This document shows, in pieces, positions 1 to 11,904 of a stretch of 64,000 bases of DNA (position 1 is its first letter; the number at the start of each line of letters is the position of its first letter). Below the pieces are notes generated by a model that was given only the letters and a program-made list of their open reading frames with translations, was not told where the DNA came from and searched no databases. The DNA is taken from contig JBHGNT010000008.1 of the NCBI GenBank assembly GCA_043228905.1, forward strand, positions 9,982,001 through 10,046,000, read 5' to 3'. This DNA is from Azolla caroliniana (taxonomy: Eukaryota > Plantae > Polypodiophyta). The position numbers were made by a program, and so were the translations under genes.

Positions 1-3000
1 TTGTCTCGTCTTTGAGAACAAATTAAAAATAAAATAAATATTACACAGTAAATATAAAAGTAAGTAAGATGAAAAGAGAAGAAATGAGGGAATCTGGTTT
101 TTGGCACATGTGAGATTCTCAAGTTAGGTATATTGTAGCTTTTGTCTTCGAAAGATCTCTAGCATAGGTCGATCCAGAATGGAAATGTCTCCGAAGCGAG
201 GGAAGCACCTACGATGGCGGGAGATAATGGCTTTTATCTGTCGATAACAAGGGTGTCGAGGTCGTGGTCCATGGGGATGGGCCTACGTGCACGACAAATT
301 GCTATTGCCCGATCAATTGTAACCCCTTTGTTATGTCCTCGTTTGGAGCCCATTTGTGTATCCCGTGATGGACTTGTAGCATTAGTAGGAGTGATGGGGT
401 TAAAGAAAGTTGTGATTGTTCTTTGTGGATGAGCTTGTGTGGTTGTATTCTTCAACAACTTTTCCCGATGTCTCTTGAGCTCTAGCAAGAAAAGTCCTAG
501 GCATCGTTGGTCGTCATATTCCATTACCTTGCGTAGTGGACCAAAGCCTTGTTTAAAGAGGCAATGGTATTTCCCTCTGATTTCATAAAAGACACTACAA
601 TGACAAACATAGTGTTCCTCAGATTCCACTCCTTGATGACACAATTGGCCAATTCTCTCTTCTAGAGGTAGTCGTGTATATCTGCCTACCTCAATTTGTA
701 GCTGATGTGATGAAGTTCACAACTGCCCTATCACACTACGCAGCGCATAGGATAGATGTATGTCCATATAAGGTGGCCTGATGATGAATCCATCCTCCGA
801 TGTATGTAAGAAGTCCGTCTTATAGTGAGCCATCTTTTTACCAAGTGGTATTTTGGGGCTGATCCATGTTATCTTGTTTTACAAGTTAATAATATCAGTT
901 CGGATCACTTTATTCTTTTCCACTTTGGTCATATTTAGGTGGGGACAATCCAAGCTATATTGGAACGAGGGTAGTGCATTTATACTCATGCCATGTGACT
1001 CGAACCATTGCTGCATTTCAGCATACCAACAATGAGTGTCTCCATTTTCAGCCAGTTGTCTTGATGACATAAGTACCAACCTTGGGTACCTTCGTTTAGG
1101 GAGCTCCCAAAGACGTTGGATAAATGTCATTGATTGGAACAATGCCTCGGTTATTATAGGTGCTGCTCCCATCTCTGCTCAGATTATATCATGGGGCACC
1201 AATGCTTTGCTCCTTATCATGCGATCAATCATTGACACTAAAGGTCTCTCTAAATCTTTCCAATGATTTGCCTTGTTAGGACTCGGTCCCCATGTTTCTA
1301 CTCCATAGAGAAGAGTTGGTGTGACAAGTGTATCAAATAACCATAGCTTAGTTTGTGGCTCTTGGAACTGCAAATGTGCACATTGTCTCTCGACAGCACC
1401 AAGGGCTGCATATCCACGAGAAAGTCGGGCACAAGCAGCCTCTTGTAAGGAGAACCTAGGTCCTGTAAATGTTACTCCTAGGTATGTGTAGGAGCGTGTA
1501 TATTCTACCTTTTCCTCTCCCAAGAAGAATTTGGGTTCTGATCTTGTTACCCATGCTTGAGTGGTGTTAAACACCATCACTTTAGTTTTGTCCATGTTGA
1601 TTGACAAACCTTTGTCCGTATAAAATAGTTTTAAGGCATTTAGATGTCTTCCTAGTCCCTCCGGAGAGTCAGAAATCAGCACAATGTCATGAGCATATAG
1701 TAATATTTGTATAGCTATACCTACTAGGCGTGCTCCGAAACCCCCGAATCTCTCTATGAAATGTGATACCTCATCTATATAGAGACCGAAGAGAGTGGGG
1801 GATAGTGGGCATCCTTGCTTCACTCCAATTGTGCTAGCCACCGCCTCTGACAAGCCCTTGGGAGACCACACTTTTCCTGACACGGATTCATAGACTCCCC
1901 ATTGCATATATGTAGGAACACCAAGGGCTTCTAGCCGCTGCATAAGCCTAGCACGTGGCATAGTGTCAAAGGCTTTTCGGAAATCCACAAAGCAATAATA
2001 AATCCTCTTATTGTGGGCTCTGCCCTCCTCAATAAGGGCCCGGACGGTGAATATGTGATCCAAAGTTGTGAACCCCTTCCGAAAACCTGCCTGTCCAACT
2101 GAACGGCAACCATTCTACTCTGGCCATATACTCAATTCTGATTCTAGAATCGACCCATATAGTTTAGCCAAGTAATGGCCAATCATGATTGTCCTATAGT
2201 TGCTTGGCATCATGGGGTCTCCACTTTTGAGGATTGGCACAATGGTATGCTGACTCCATCTAGTAGGGAAACCTTCACACATGGCTCTATTAAAGATGTG
2301 TGCTAGCAATGGGAGCAAGGTGTCGTGGGCGTAGATAAAGTGCTCACCCACCAATCCATCATGATCTTGGGCCTTCCCAAATTGTAGCCGATCAATGGCA
2401 TTTCTTACATTTTGTGGTATAAAGAAGGTTGATTCATGTGGGTGTGAGGCATTCGGGTGGGGAAGAGGAGGTTGCTCCGGCATATCATATAGAACCTTTG
2501 CATATTCATGCCACACCTAAGGTGAGGTCAGTTGTGTGGTGGGTTGCCTCTCATTAAACATTTTCCATGCTCTTTTACTCTCTTGTCCTAGAAACAAGCG
2601 ATACAAATGATCTTCAAATTTAGCCAAATACAATCTCTTCTTCTTCCTTACGAGGCGTTGGAAGGTTGCTCTTGCTTGGTTGTGTGTATAAATGCCCCGA
2701 GTTATATCACGTTGCAAGCATCTCCTTGTATCACGACATTCCTCATCATACCAACTATTTTGTATTACTTTACCAAGTTTGGGGGGATTGGCCGTTGTGT
2801 GAGGGAAAGCATTTGTGGCTGCTTTATGCAATGATTTGGACAATCCTTGGGTAAGTTCTTCAAGGGGTGCGAAAGGATCTAAATCTAGCATGCCATTGTA
2901 TACACCACAACTATACACATCAATTGTCTCGCGAGTAAATAGATACTTAGCCAGCCCACTCTCCTTAGCATATACATCCTTTGTGCATCCATCCTTTACC

Positions 3001-3096
3001 TCGAAGCGTAGATATGCATGATCTGCTGCCAAGCCAATAGGTCTACCCGATATAGTGAACACTTTTATTTCAGGTATAAGAGATGGAGATCCCATT
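1..3096 (-). mobile_element. 5'-truncated, decayed non-LTR retrotransposon (RTE/RTEX-like LINE ORF2: end of AP endonuclease, RT, C-terminal Cys/His finger) in intron 6 of MAPR4
   Basis: ORF pieces 2517-3095 (ADH endonuclease end, WYDEEC), 2115-2516 (IVPILKSGDP..NYRTI), 1179-2063 (FVDFRKAFD, GVKQGCPLSPTLF, LLYAHD, YTYLG), 879-1172 and 234-644 (C..CHQGVESEEHYVCHC). Stops and frameshifts separate them. The 3' end runs off the window. Confidence 0.92.
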
Positions 3097-3124
3097 AGAG
3101 AGAGAGAGAGAAAGAGAGAGAGAG
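3097..3124. repeat. (AG)n/(CT)n microsatellite between the exon-6 donor and the LINE 5' junction
   Basis: agagagagagagagaaagagagagagag. Confidence 0.95.
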
Positions 3125-3129
3125 ATTAC

Positions 3130-6100
3130 ACATATGTCTTGTTGTAAAAGCTTCTCCAATCCACCAGACTTTTGATCTGAAGAGTTACAAACCTTATTGA
3201 TTATTGTATCATCAAGTTTTAAAATCAGATAATCTGAAGGATATATTTAGTTAGCCATTTGAATATTAGGTTGTATCTACATCTTACCTCCATTGTAGAC
3301 AGACCAATTACTGAATCTGTCAATCCATCACCTGATAAAAAATAATGCAACAATTTAGAGTATTACAATTTATACATTAGAGAGGTAAATGTTCTTATAA
3401 CCACTAGCACTACCTAATTAGAGAAAGAAAAAGTATATACCACTAAAGTTTCCTGAAACAAAAGCCCGCGTGGCATCCCTGAAGACATAGAATTAGAATC
3501 TTAAATCATTTACATTTAAGCGTCTAGAACTGATGGCATGTTTCACCAGAAAAATACATTCAACATGCAAACGCACACTTATGTGCATAGAACGTAAATG
3601 GATACACGCATACATTGATAATTATCTATATATATCACATATACATGCATGCACACATACCAAATTGTGAACTACATCAAAACTATTTAAGACATCAGAC
3701 ACCAAAACCCAGCTTTATTTCATGTTCATATATTGAGCATGAAAGAATGAGGGATCTTTTCGAGTTGTAAGCACCCTAGACAAGTAACAAATTAGAGAGA
3801 GTAACATCTTTTAAGAGAACAAAATGGCCTATAAGACTGAACAAGAGATTACAAGTGTTGTCTCATCTTTGAGAACAAAAAATCAAAATAAACAAATGTT
3901 ACTAAGTACAAAATAGGTAAATAAAATAAAAAAGAGACCAAAGAATCTTGTTACCGGTACATGTAAGATTCTCAAGTCAGATATATTGTAATTTTTTCTT
4001 CAAAAGATCTCTAGCATAGGTTGATCCAGGATGAGAGGTCTCTGAAATGAGGAAAGCACCAATGATGGCAGGAGATAATGATCATTATATGTCAATAACA
4101 AAGGTGGTGAGATCATGGTCCATGGGACCGCCCACATGCACGACAAATTGGTATTGCCAAATCTTTTGTAACCCCTATAAGGGTTAGGAATGATGTCAAT
4201 CGAGCTAAGGAATACTCAAGATTCACCCTAGTATAGGCCCTTTAGATGCAATAGTGGAGCTATGGTAGAAAAGATGCAATAGTATAGGCCCTTTAGATGC
4301 AATAGTGGAGCTATGGTAGAAAAGATGCAATAGTATAGGCCCTTTAGATGCAATAGTGGACCCAGTTAGGGTTGGCCAAGTTCATACTGAACTTAGCCCA
4401 AAAATAACGAAAAAGTGGTTAGTGACTTTTAGCCTTAACCACACTTTAAGGGGGTCATTTAGGGTCTTTACCCCAACAACCTCCCACTTAAAGGCATAAA
4501 TGACGGCTTTAAGCTACATGACTCCCACCAGTTGTATACATATCGGATGTTGTGCTTTGGGTAAGCACTTGGTCAGTACATCCGCAGGGTTCTGTGATGT
4601 GTGGACCTTTATCAATGTGATAAGGCCATCCTCAAGCACTTCTCGAATGAAGTGATATCGCACATCAATATGTTTTGTGCGTGCATGAACCATAGCATTC
4701 TTTGCCAAACAGATGGCACTTTGGCTATCACAACCGAGAATGGGTGCCTTTTCAGGCAAACCAAACTCACTGCATAGACGTGCTAACCATATTGCTTCCT
4801 TGGAAGCCTTAGTGGCTGAGATATATTCTGCTTCGGTAGTGAACAAAGCAACAACCTTTTGCAGCCTACTACACCATGGTACAGCACCACCTGCAAGTGT
4901 GAATACATAGCCAGTTGTGGATTTTCATGTATCCACATCACCTGCCATATCAGAGTCACAGAAACCCTTCAGCTCTAATGGGTCTTTTCCATAACAGAGG
5001 CATTTATTTTTAGTCCCTTTTAAGTACCTCATAATGGACTTCACTGCATTCCAATGTGCCTTGGCCGGATTAGCCATGAATCGGCTAACAACTCCCATGA
5101 ATGTCTCCATGTTCAGCAAGTTGTGTTGACACCAACCTTGAGTACTTTCTTTTAGGAGCTCCCAGAGTTATTGGATACAAGTCATTGATCAGAATAAAGC
5201 CTCAATGGTTGTAGGGGCTGATCCTATCTATGCCCTGATTATATCAAAAAAAAGCAAATCTTTGTTGAAGCACTTGGGATGTTTCACATCAGATGGAGTG
5301 CAATACTTCTGAAAGTTGCATGCTTAGCCCAAACAAAGTTGTATAGCATTTAGATCATGGGCATATTAGCATGTCAACGTTTTACACCAAAATTCTTTCA
5401 CCCCACAATGTTCTTGGCTATTTGGAATTGGTGCATTCTGAGATTTAACAAATTGCCACTACCATACACCTACACTCAGCCACTTGTCTTTGTCATCCAG
5501 ACTAAAATCCTATAGTGATTTAGATGCATTAATAGAATAGGCAGAAAACGCATAATTTGATTGCTCTGATCTGAAGTGTTTACGGATGATCCATCGGCTG
5601 CTCATCACAATTCAGTCACTCAGTCACGTGCCAATTTTCATGACATTGGATTTTCCATGCTAGATAATCTTCTATTTTGCATAACTTAATGAGAAGCATT
5701 TAAGACCATGTTCACACGCACCATGTTTAGTCATTGTTCCTCCAATGAAGCTAAAAAGGCTTTTTGCTTGTTCATTATAGCCATTAGGCCAAATCTCTTA
5801 CGAGAAAGCAATTGGATTGATACACGTGGGCACAGCCCATAGATGAACCTAATCATCAGGGTTTACTATTGGAGAGACTATTAGTTGCTGCTTCGCAATT
5901 CCACCAAACTAAACATCTTCAAAACTTCCTATGATAAAAGCACTCAATTTACGCTAAATTAACTTCATAATGCATTAAACTTACCTGACAATCAATCAAC
6001 CTATCAAAAACATTATAATTTTATCACATCAATTTTATGAATTTATGTACATAACATAGATTCCTTCAAACTATGTGATTTAACACATAAAAATCACAAT

Positions 6101-9100
6101 TGATTGCAAGGCAAATGATAATGGGATGCAAAAGTGTCTTTTCTCTCAGAGAATAGAAGATGATGACTACTGAAAGCTAGGGTTTCATCAACCCATAGTG
6201 TTGTGCTATATCTCCTACAACTCCAAATCCATAGACGTGTTGTTTATTGCACAAAGTCAAATTTTGGACTGGTAGATAGGATGAAATAGATAGAATTGTA
6301 GTTAAATTTACTTTTTATCACCCAATCGAGTTTGTGAAATGAGACTTGTCTTTACGAAGCCTAAATGAAGGATTAACATATTGACATTCTCTTTGGAATG
6401 GTGTTGCCAGGAATAACATTCTCCTTTTCACTTTTAAACAACTACTTCTATGAATCCTTGAATGGAGAGCAGTGTTCAGTTTCCATCTACTCTATGAGCA
6501 AGAGCCACTATGGAAATGGCTGCTCACAAGTTGCCTATATGAGCCCAGACGGAAGTTCCGTAATGGTGATGGGAAAGAATGCCCATGTGAACTATATAAT
6601 CATATAAAAAACTTCATATTGGTGAGCTATTACTAAGAATAAATGCATCACTCGCTATTTGCCTTCCAATACAAACAACTTCTAGATAAAATATAGCTCA
6701 TACCTTCCAGCAAAGTGATTGTAACTTCCACCAACACCATAATGTGATCTTCCTTTGGAAACATCAAAGACACTCCTATGAAAAAGAACAAGTTGTTATC
6801 ACAAATACTGAAAGAGGAAGACAGTAACGTAAATGTAAACATGTGTATATGATATGTCCATCTTACCCTAGGATTCCTAATAAGATGGGAAGTTCCTGAT
6901 TGCTTGCATTATATTTTAAAAGTTCTTCTTTTGTCCACAATTTCTACAAAAAATCGTTAAGTGAGAAAAACACCAAATTAAAAACTCTCTTTGCTCATCC
7001 CTCATTTACACACTAGACATTCATATATAATCATCAGTATCATCTTTGTACTGCTAGTGCTCTTCACATCAGATCCAGCCATGGGTAGGTGATCCCACTA
7101 CACATGCATGTCATACAATTATACTTGGTGCATAAAGGAATTCCTTTGATTCTCTTGCGTTACAGCACCCACTTTCCCATCAGAAACCTCATTTACTCCT
7201 CGTTAGAGCTCCACTATTTGTCCTTAGCTTTTGTATCATGCCATTTGTCTTTGTTGTGGATACTCAAATCACAGGATTTGTCTCATAAACCCGTTTTATC
7301 CTCTAGTAGACATTGAGAAAAAGGATTCTCATAGGCCAGATTTTCTCATGAACCTACCAACAGAGATGTTCTAACAACTACAGGATAAGAGGAAGCAAAT
7401 GCTGGTTAGGAATAATAATTTGTAATTCTACTCTAATGCATGTTCTTGTTCCAAAAAAAGAAACATCAACCGGTTTTACCCTCTGTAGACGTCAAGAAAA
7501 AGGACTCACATAGGCCAGGATTTGTCATGGACCTACATCTAGAGCTGATCCAACAACTCCAGGATTAGAGGAACCAATTGTTGGTTAGGTACAATGATTT
7601 TACAATGCATGGTCTTGTTTCAATTCCTGCTCAATTTTCTGCTTCTAAGTACCTATCGATATTCCAATTCCATACCCAATCCTTTTTTTTGCATCAGTTT
7701 TGTTGCAATCCTATTCCAGTCCCCCATCCAGATCATGCCCATATTCCAGATTCAATAGAATTTTTTCATACACACTCAATTTCACAACTTGAATATCTTT
7801 GTCTCTGCATTTCTTGAAGCTGGAAAACAAAATCTTAGTACAATATTTGCAATCAAAATTCAGCTTTCAATGAACTTTGCATAACTGAAGTTTGCTACTG
7901 AATTCTCAAATAAAATCATGACTTCTCAGGCATTTTCAACACAATCAAAGCTACCAAAGATTTTAGTGCATCATCTACATAATTGTCCTATTGATTGATG
8001 GCCTATGATGCTGCCACTATATGGTTCCATGTATGTATTATCACCTGCTGATTTGGAAGTTTTGTCCATTTTTATTAAGAAGGCTTTCGCCACCAGTTCA
8101 TCCAGAATTTACAGTCATTGAAGCACCTATCTTCTTGTCAAGAAGAAGGATGGTGCTTTATGATTCAGTGCCTATGATAAAATCAGGACAGAGGTAAAAA
8201 TTCAGATCAATGACCCACATCCAATGGATTTGGGGACACCCAAACCAAAGGTACTTGAGATTAGCCCTTATTTCAAAAAAACAACTGGCTGAACATGGAG
8301 AGAATCATTATTGGAATGCTGAAATGCAAGAATGGTTCCAGTCATATTGCATAAATATAGATGTGCTACCCCATTTCAATATAGCTTGAATTGGCCAAAG
8401 CCTGCACATGACCAAAGTAGAAAAGAATAGGGTGATTGCTTTGATATCATTATATTATATAATGAATGAATATGGATCAGCACCAAAACATCTCTTGGTA
8501 GGACGATGGACCACTATAAAGCCCTCTATGAACACATATCACAAGATGGATTTATCATACATCCCTTACATCTATCTCATGCAATCAATAGTGAGATCAG
8601 GTAGGTCACGAACTCTTCACAGCAGTTACGGATGAGATGAGCAGATATGTAAATATTTCTACGGAAGAACGGATCTTCCAATAGTGCCATCATGGAGTGG
8701 AATTGATAAGCACTATGTTTGCCATTGTATTGTCTTTCTTTACCAATGGTGCTTGGTATTGAACTTGTAGACTTGAATAGACACTGAGAAAAGTAGTTCG
8801 ACGGAAACCAATACGACCATGAAAGATCATCAATGAAGAACCATCACAACTTGCTTTAGCTCCAACTATTCTAATCATTCAACAAATCAATAAAGTGCTA
8901 CACAAATAAGGTCTCCACCACAAAACTTGAACGGGTTTACAATAGATCGGGCAAAGAAAAGCACGAAGATATGAGCCTAAGTTTGATCTTTTCCATCAGG
9001 TCATCCCCATTCCTTAGGTTGTATTAGGTCTCCCCTGGATGAATTAACCTATTAATCTATCTCCTTGGGTAAATTAGACTTACCGGACTTATGACAGGTT

Positions 9101-9353
9101 CTGAAGAGAAGTAGAGAACAACAGCCACGAAGCAGAGGGCGATGGAAAGACCAAGGAAAGCAGGGGCACGGCTACTTTCCTCATCATCAGAAGTTGTTCT
9201 ACTTGTATCTTTCTTCTTCTTTTTATCCGGCTCTCCTTGTGAAGAAGAAACGCCGTCAGTTGTGGGAGAAGAGGAGGAAGAAGCAGGAGCAGGTACGGTG
9301 TCTGCTGATCGGCGATGGCGAAGACTGTCATCTGCTGCTGCTGCTGCTGCCAT
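3130..9353 (-). CDS. MAPR4: Membrane-associated progesterone-binding protein 4 (neuferricin/CYB5D2-like cytochrome b5 heme/steroid-binding protein); first six exons, C-terminal exons lie left of the window
   Basis: GT-AG exons with consistent phases: 9353-9084 (MAAAAAADDSLRHRR...TM helix...SEPVISP), 6943-6867 (KLWTKEELLKYNASNQELPILLGILG), 6775-6704 (SVFDVSKGRSHYGVGGSYNHFAGR), 3478-3441 (DATRAFVSGNFSG), 3331-3288 (DGLTDSVIGLSTME), 3176-3130 (IKSLVDWRSFYNKTY). These match recalled plant MAPR4 motifs. Confidence 0.92.
3802..4177 (-). mobile_element. 3'-terminal fragment of the same LINE family as 1-3096
   Basis: 3858-4177 aligns with 1-327 (ttgtctc.tctttgagaaca; aaagatctctagcatagg; gcacgacaaattg). 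Its 3' end abuts agagagag at 3794-3801. Confidence 0.85.
4178..5100 (-). mobile_element. Ty1/copia 3' fragment (RT end, RNase H, PPT, partial 3' LTR) in MAPR4 intron 3
   Basis: GVVSRFMANPAKAHWNAVKSIMRYLKGT; TTEAEY..CDSQSAICLAKN..HARTKHIDVRYHFIRE (4514-4846). PPT aagtgggaggt at 4489-4479 is followed by an LTR start TGTTGGGG at 4478. Confidence 0.88.
4232..4360. repeat. 51-bp tandem repeat, about 2.5 copies (within a copia LTR remnant)
   Basis: Unit tataggccctttagatgcaatagtggagctatggtagaaaagatgcaatag at 4232, 4283 and 4334 (partial). Confidence 0.9.
7288..7623. repeat. Diverged ~180-bp tandem duplication in MAPR4 intron 1
   Basis: aacc.gttttaycctct..tagac...gaaaaagga.tc.cataggccag begins at both ~7288 and ~7468. 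Confidence 0.75.
8250..8680 (+). mobile_element. Old LINE remnant, same family as 1-3096, opposite orientation
   Basis: Translates to QLAEHGENHYWNAEMQEWFQS...HMTKVEKNRVI, matching QLAENGDTHCWYAEMQQWFES...NMTKVEKNKVI of ORF 879-1172. Confidence 0.8.
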
Positions 9354-9675
9354 ATAGCTGCTCCTCGCAACTGGGAGGAAAGCGACGAGCACAAAATAAT
9401 AATAATAATAAAAAGGAATCCCAGCAGCAGAGCTCTCCTCCAAAAAAACCAGAAACAAAAAAAGAAAGCAAGGCTACGCACGCACATACGATCAACATAC
9501 CAAATACTTTACATACGCTACGCTACGCTCGTGTCTATCTATACTTTCTTTACATATGTACATTACGCTACGCTCGTGTCTATTTGGTACCAAATCATAA
9601 AAAAAGGCCTTCCTGGCATATTGGAATCGCGGCCCGTGCGATCTGCACCGTCACATCTTTATTTAAAAAAGCGCT

Positions 9676-10031
9676 CGAGTATCCAATAGCCCCACTCTAA
9701 CAGCCTTTGTCACTAATAGCCAGACTCTCTGAATGCAATAGCCCGACCGACTCAAATCAATAGAGTGACCAACTAACTTAGGGAAGTAGCCCAACTCAAA
9801 TCAATAGCTTGATCGACTCAGGACAGTAGCCTGACTCAAATATCAATAGCTTGATCGAGTATACAATACCCCCACTCTAACAACCTTTGTCACTAATAGC
9901 TCGACTCTCTAAATGCAGTGGCCCGACTCAAATCAATAGTGTGACCAACGTAGGGAAGTAGCCCGGCCCAAATCAATAGTTTGACCAACTCAGGACAATA
10001 TCTAACCCAAATATCAATAGCCCGATCGAGT
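9676..10031. repeat. ~180-bp direct duplication built of short aatagcccgactcaaatc-like subrepeats; possible subterminal repeat of the adjacent DNA transposon
   Basis: cgagtat.caata.ccccactctaaca.cctttgtcactaatagc at 9676 and 9856; many caatagc/ctcaaatc units. Confidence 0.8.
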
Positions 10032-10034
10032 TAT

Positions 10035-11024
10035 TGCCCCGAGTTTTAGATATATCAAATTTCCACCATTAAAAGTTTGGGGAGTTGCCAATAGGTTCTT
10101 GTGAAATGTCGAGCATCACTCCTCTTTTCGCACTGCTTCCGACTTATGGATCTCGTGCCTACCTCATTGGTTGATTTCAATGCGCCTAGATTGTACACCT
10201 TTTTCCCGAAATTTGTCAATTGTTGCATACAATCCTCAACGACATCCATTTCGAAAGGATCCTAACCAATGCTTGAGCTAATGAATAGCTTTCTCGATCA
10301 TTTGTATTTAAGGCTTTCATGATTCCACCTCGGATGGTTCTTGGTTCTACATTCACCTCCACTTGTTGGTTCTACTTTTGTCTCCACATCCGTTTCTATG
10401 ATATCATCCATTCACATTTAACATTATCTATAAATGGTAATGACCCACATAGGGATGGCATATGCCTCTCAATGATCATCCAAATTCCGACTAAATGCTT
10501 ACCTTTACTTGCAAGGTCTTGGTAATCATAAAAAAAGCATTGGAGCACATAATACCATAAGAGTGGGAGTGGTCATGCTCAATATTCTAAATCAATATCG
10601 GGCCATAAACTTACAATATGCATTGTGTTGGTATTAGTCACATACCTTTTGAGTATCCTCTCAACCTCTTCAAGTATTAACCTTTGATCCCTACAAATTG
10701 CATGGGCCGCAAATCTACCACTCTCACATATTTATTTTTAGTGCATGTACCATTCTATGATGGTTCCTTTGTGCAAGTGTTGGTTTCACTGTCCCAAATT
10801 AAGACACGCACAAGATCGGTAATAGACCGGTATATTCTTCCTCTCAAGATAATGTACTTGATAAACTATTAATGTCTCTTCACAATATTCGTAGTGTCAA
10901 CATGTCCATAGTTGAATAATCTTCCAAACTTTGGCCATCAATTCCTCTAAACACAAGTAATGTGTAGTTGAATAATCCTCCAAACTTGGGCCATAGATTC
11001 CTCTAAACACAAGTAATGTGACAC
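10035..11024 (-). pseudogene. Decayed Mutator-like (MULE) transposase, C-terminal part
   Basis: The minus strand reads WPKFG.LFNYGHVDTTNIVKRH*..KYIILRGRI.R.ITDL, followed by a degenerate SWIM-like ..KHLVGIW.. segment. It continues the 22418-24280 segment across the MITE/LTR nest. Confidence 0.6.
10909..11020. repeat. 56-bp tandem duplication
   Basis: tagttgaataatc.tccaaactt.ggccat..attcctctaaacacaagtaatgtg at 10909 and 10965. Confidence 0.9.
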
Positions 11025-11904
11025 TAACTATGGGTCCAGTTTTGGCTCAAATTGAACTAAACCGTTAAGCCATGGTTTAAGATTTATCATTACAAAATAA
11101 TAAAATGGTTTGGTTTGGTTTTAGCTTAGGTTGGTTCTAAAACTCAAGTTTATGAATTTACATATAAGTTTAAGTGGTTTGGTTTAAAGGTTTATGGATT
11201 TTTTGTTAACTTTTTTTTCTCCTTAATTGTTTAATTGATTTAATTGATTTAACTTAAATACTTATTTAATTTAATGTATTTTTATTTATTTATTTTTTAA
11301 AATTAGATTGGACTTAAATGGTCAAGTTTAAATTTTTTATTAAAATGGTTTGGTCTGGTTTTGTTAGGATTTCGGTCCCTCCGGACGGGATGATGAAGGC
11401 CCGATGAGAACCGGATGTTGAAGGCCCGGTGAGAACCTCTCACCGGATGAAGGGACATATATGTAAATATGTTCCAGAGAGCCCACAGGGGCTATATTTG
11501 TAAATAGCTCGAAAGTCATATTAGTATAAATATGACCTAGGGCAAACAGTATTGGTGTGTTGTCATTATTTTGTATAGAGTTATTGAGTGTAACTGTTAT
11601 ACAGAGCGTAGTAGAGGGAAAGAGAGAGAGATAGAGAGAGTGAGAGAGAGAGAGAGTTAGAGACAGAGAGAGTGTGAGACAGAGTGAGTCTCTGTTGTAA
11701 CTGCCGCCATGCAAGGATTGTGAGCATGAGGTCGTTGCCTCCATGTTTACCTGTTGTATTCCTCTTGACATAGTGATAGTTGGAGTTTGCGAACTCCCGT
11801 GGTTTTCACCATTTAGGGTTTTCCACATTAACATCCTGTGCATTCTCTTCTGTTTGTGTACTTACTTCCATTTCTCACCCTTTTTGTGTTTGATTATCAT
11901 TTAG

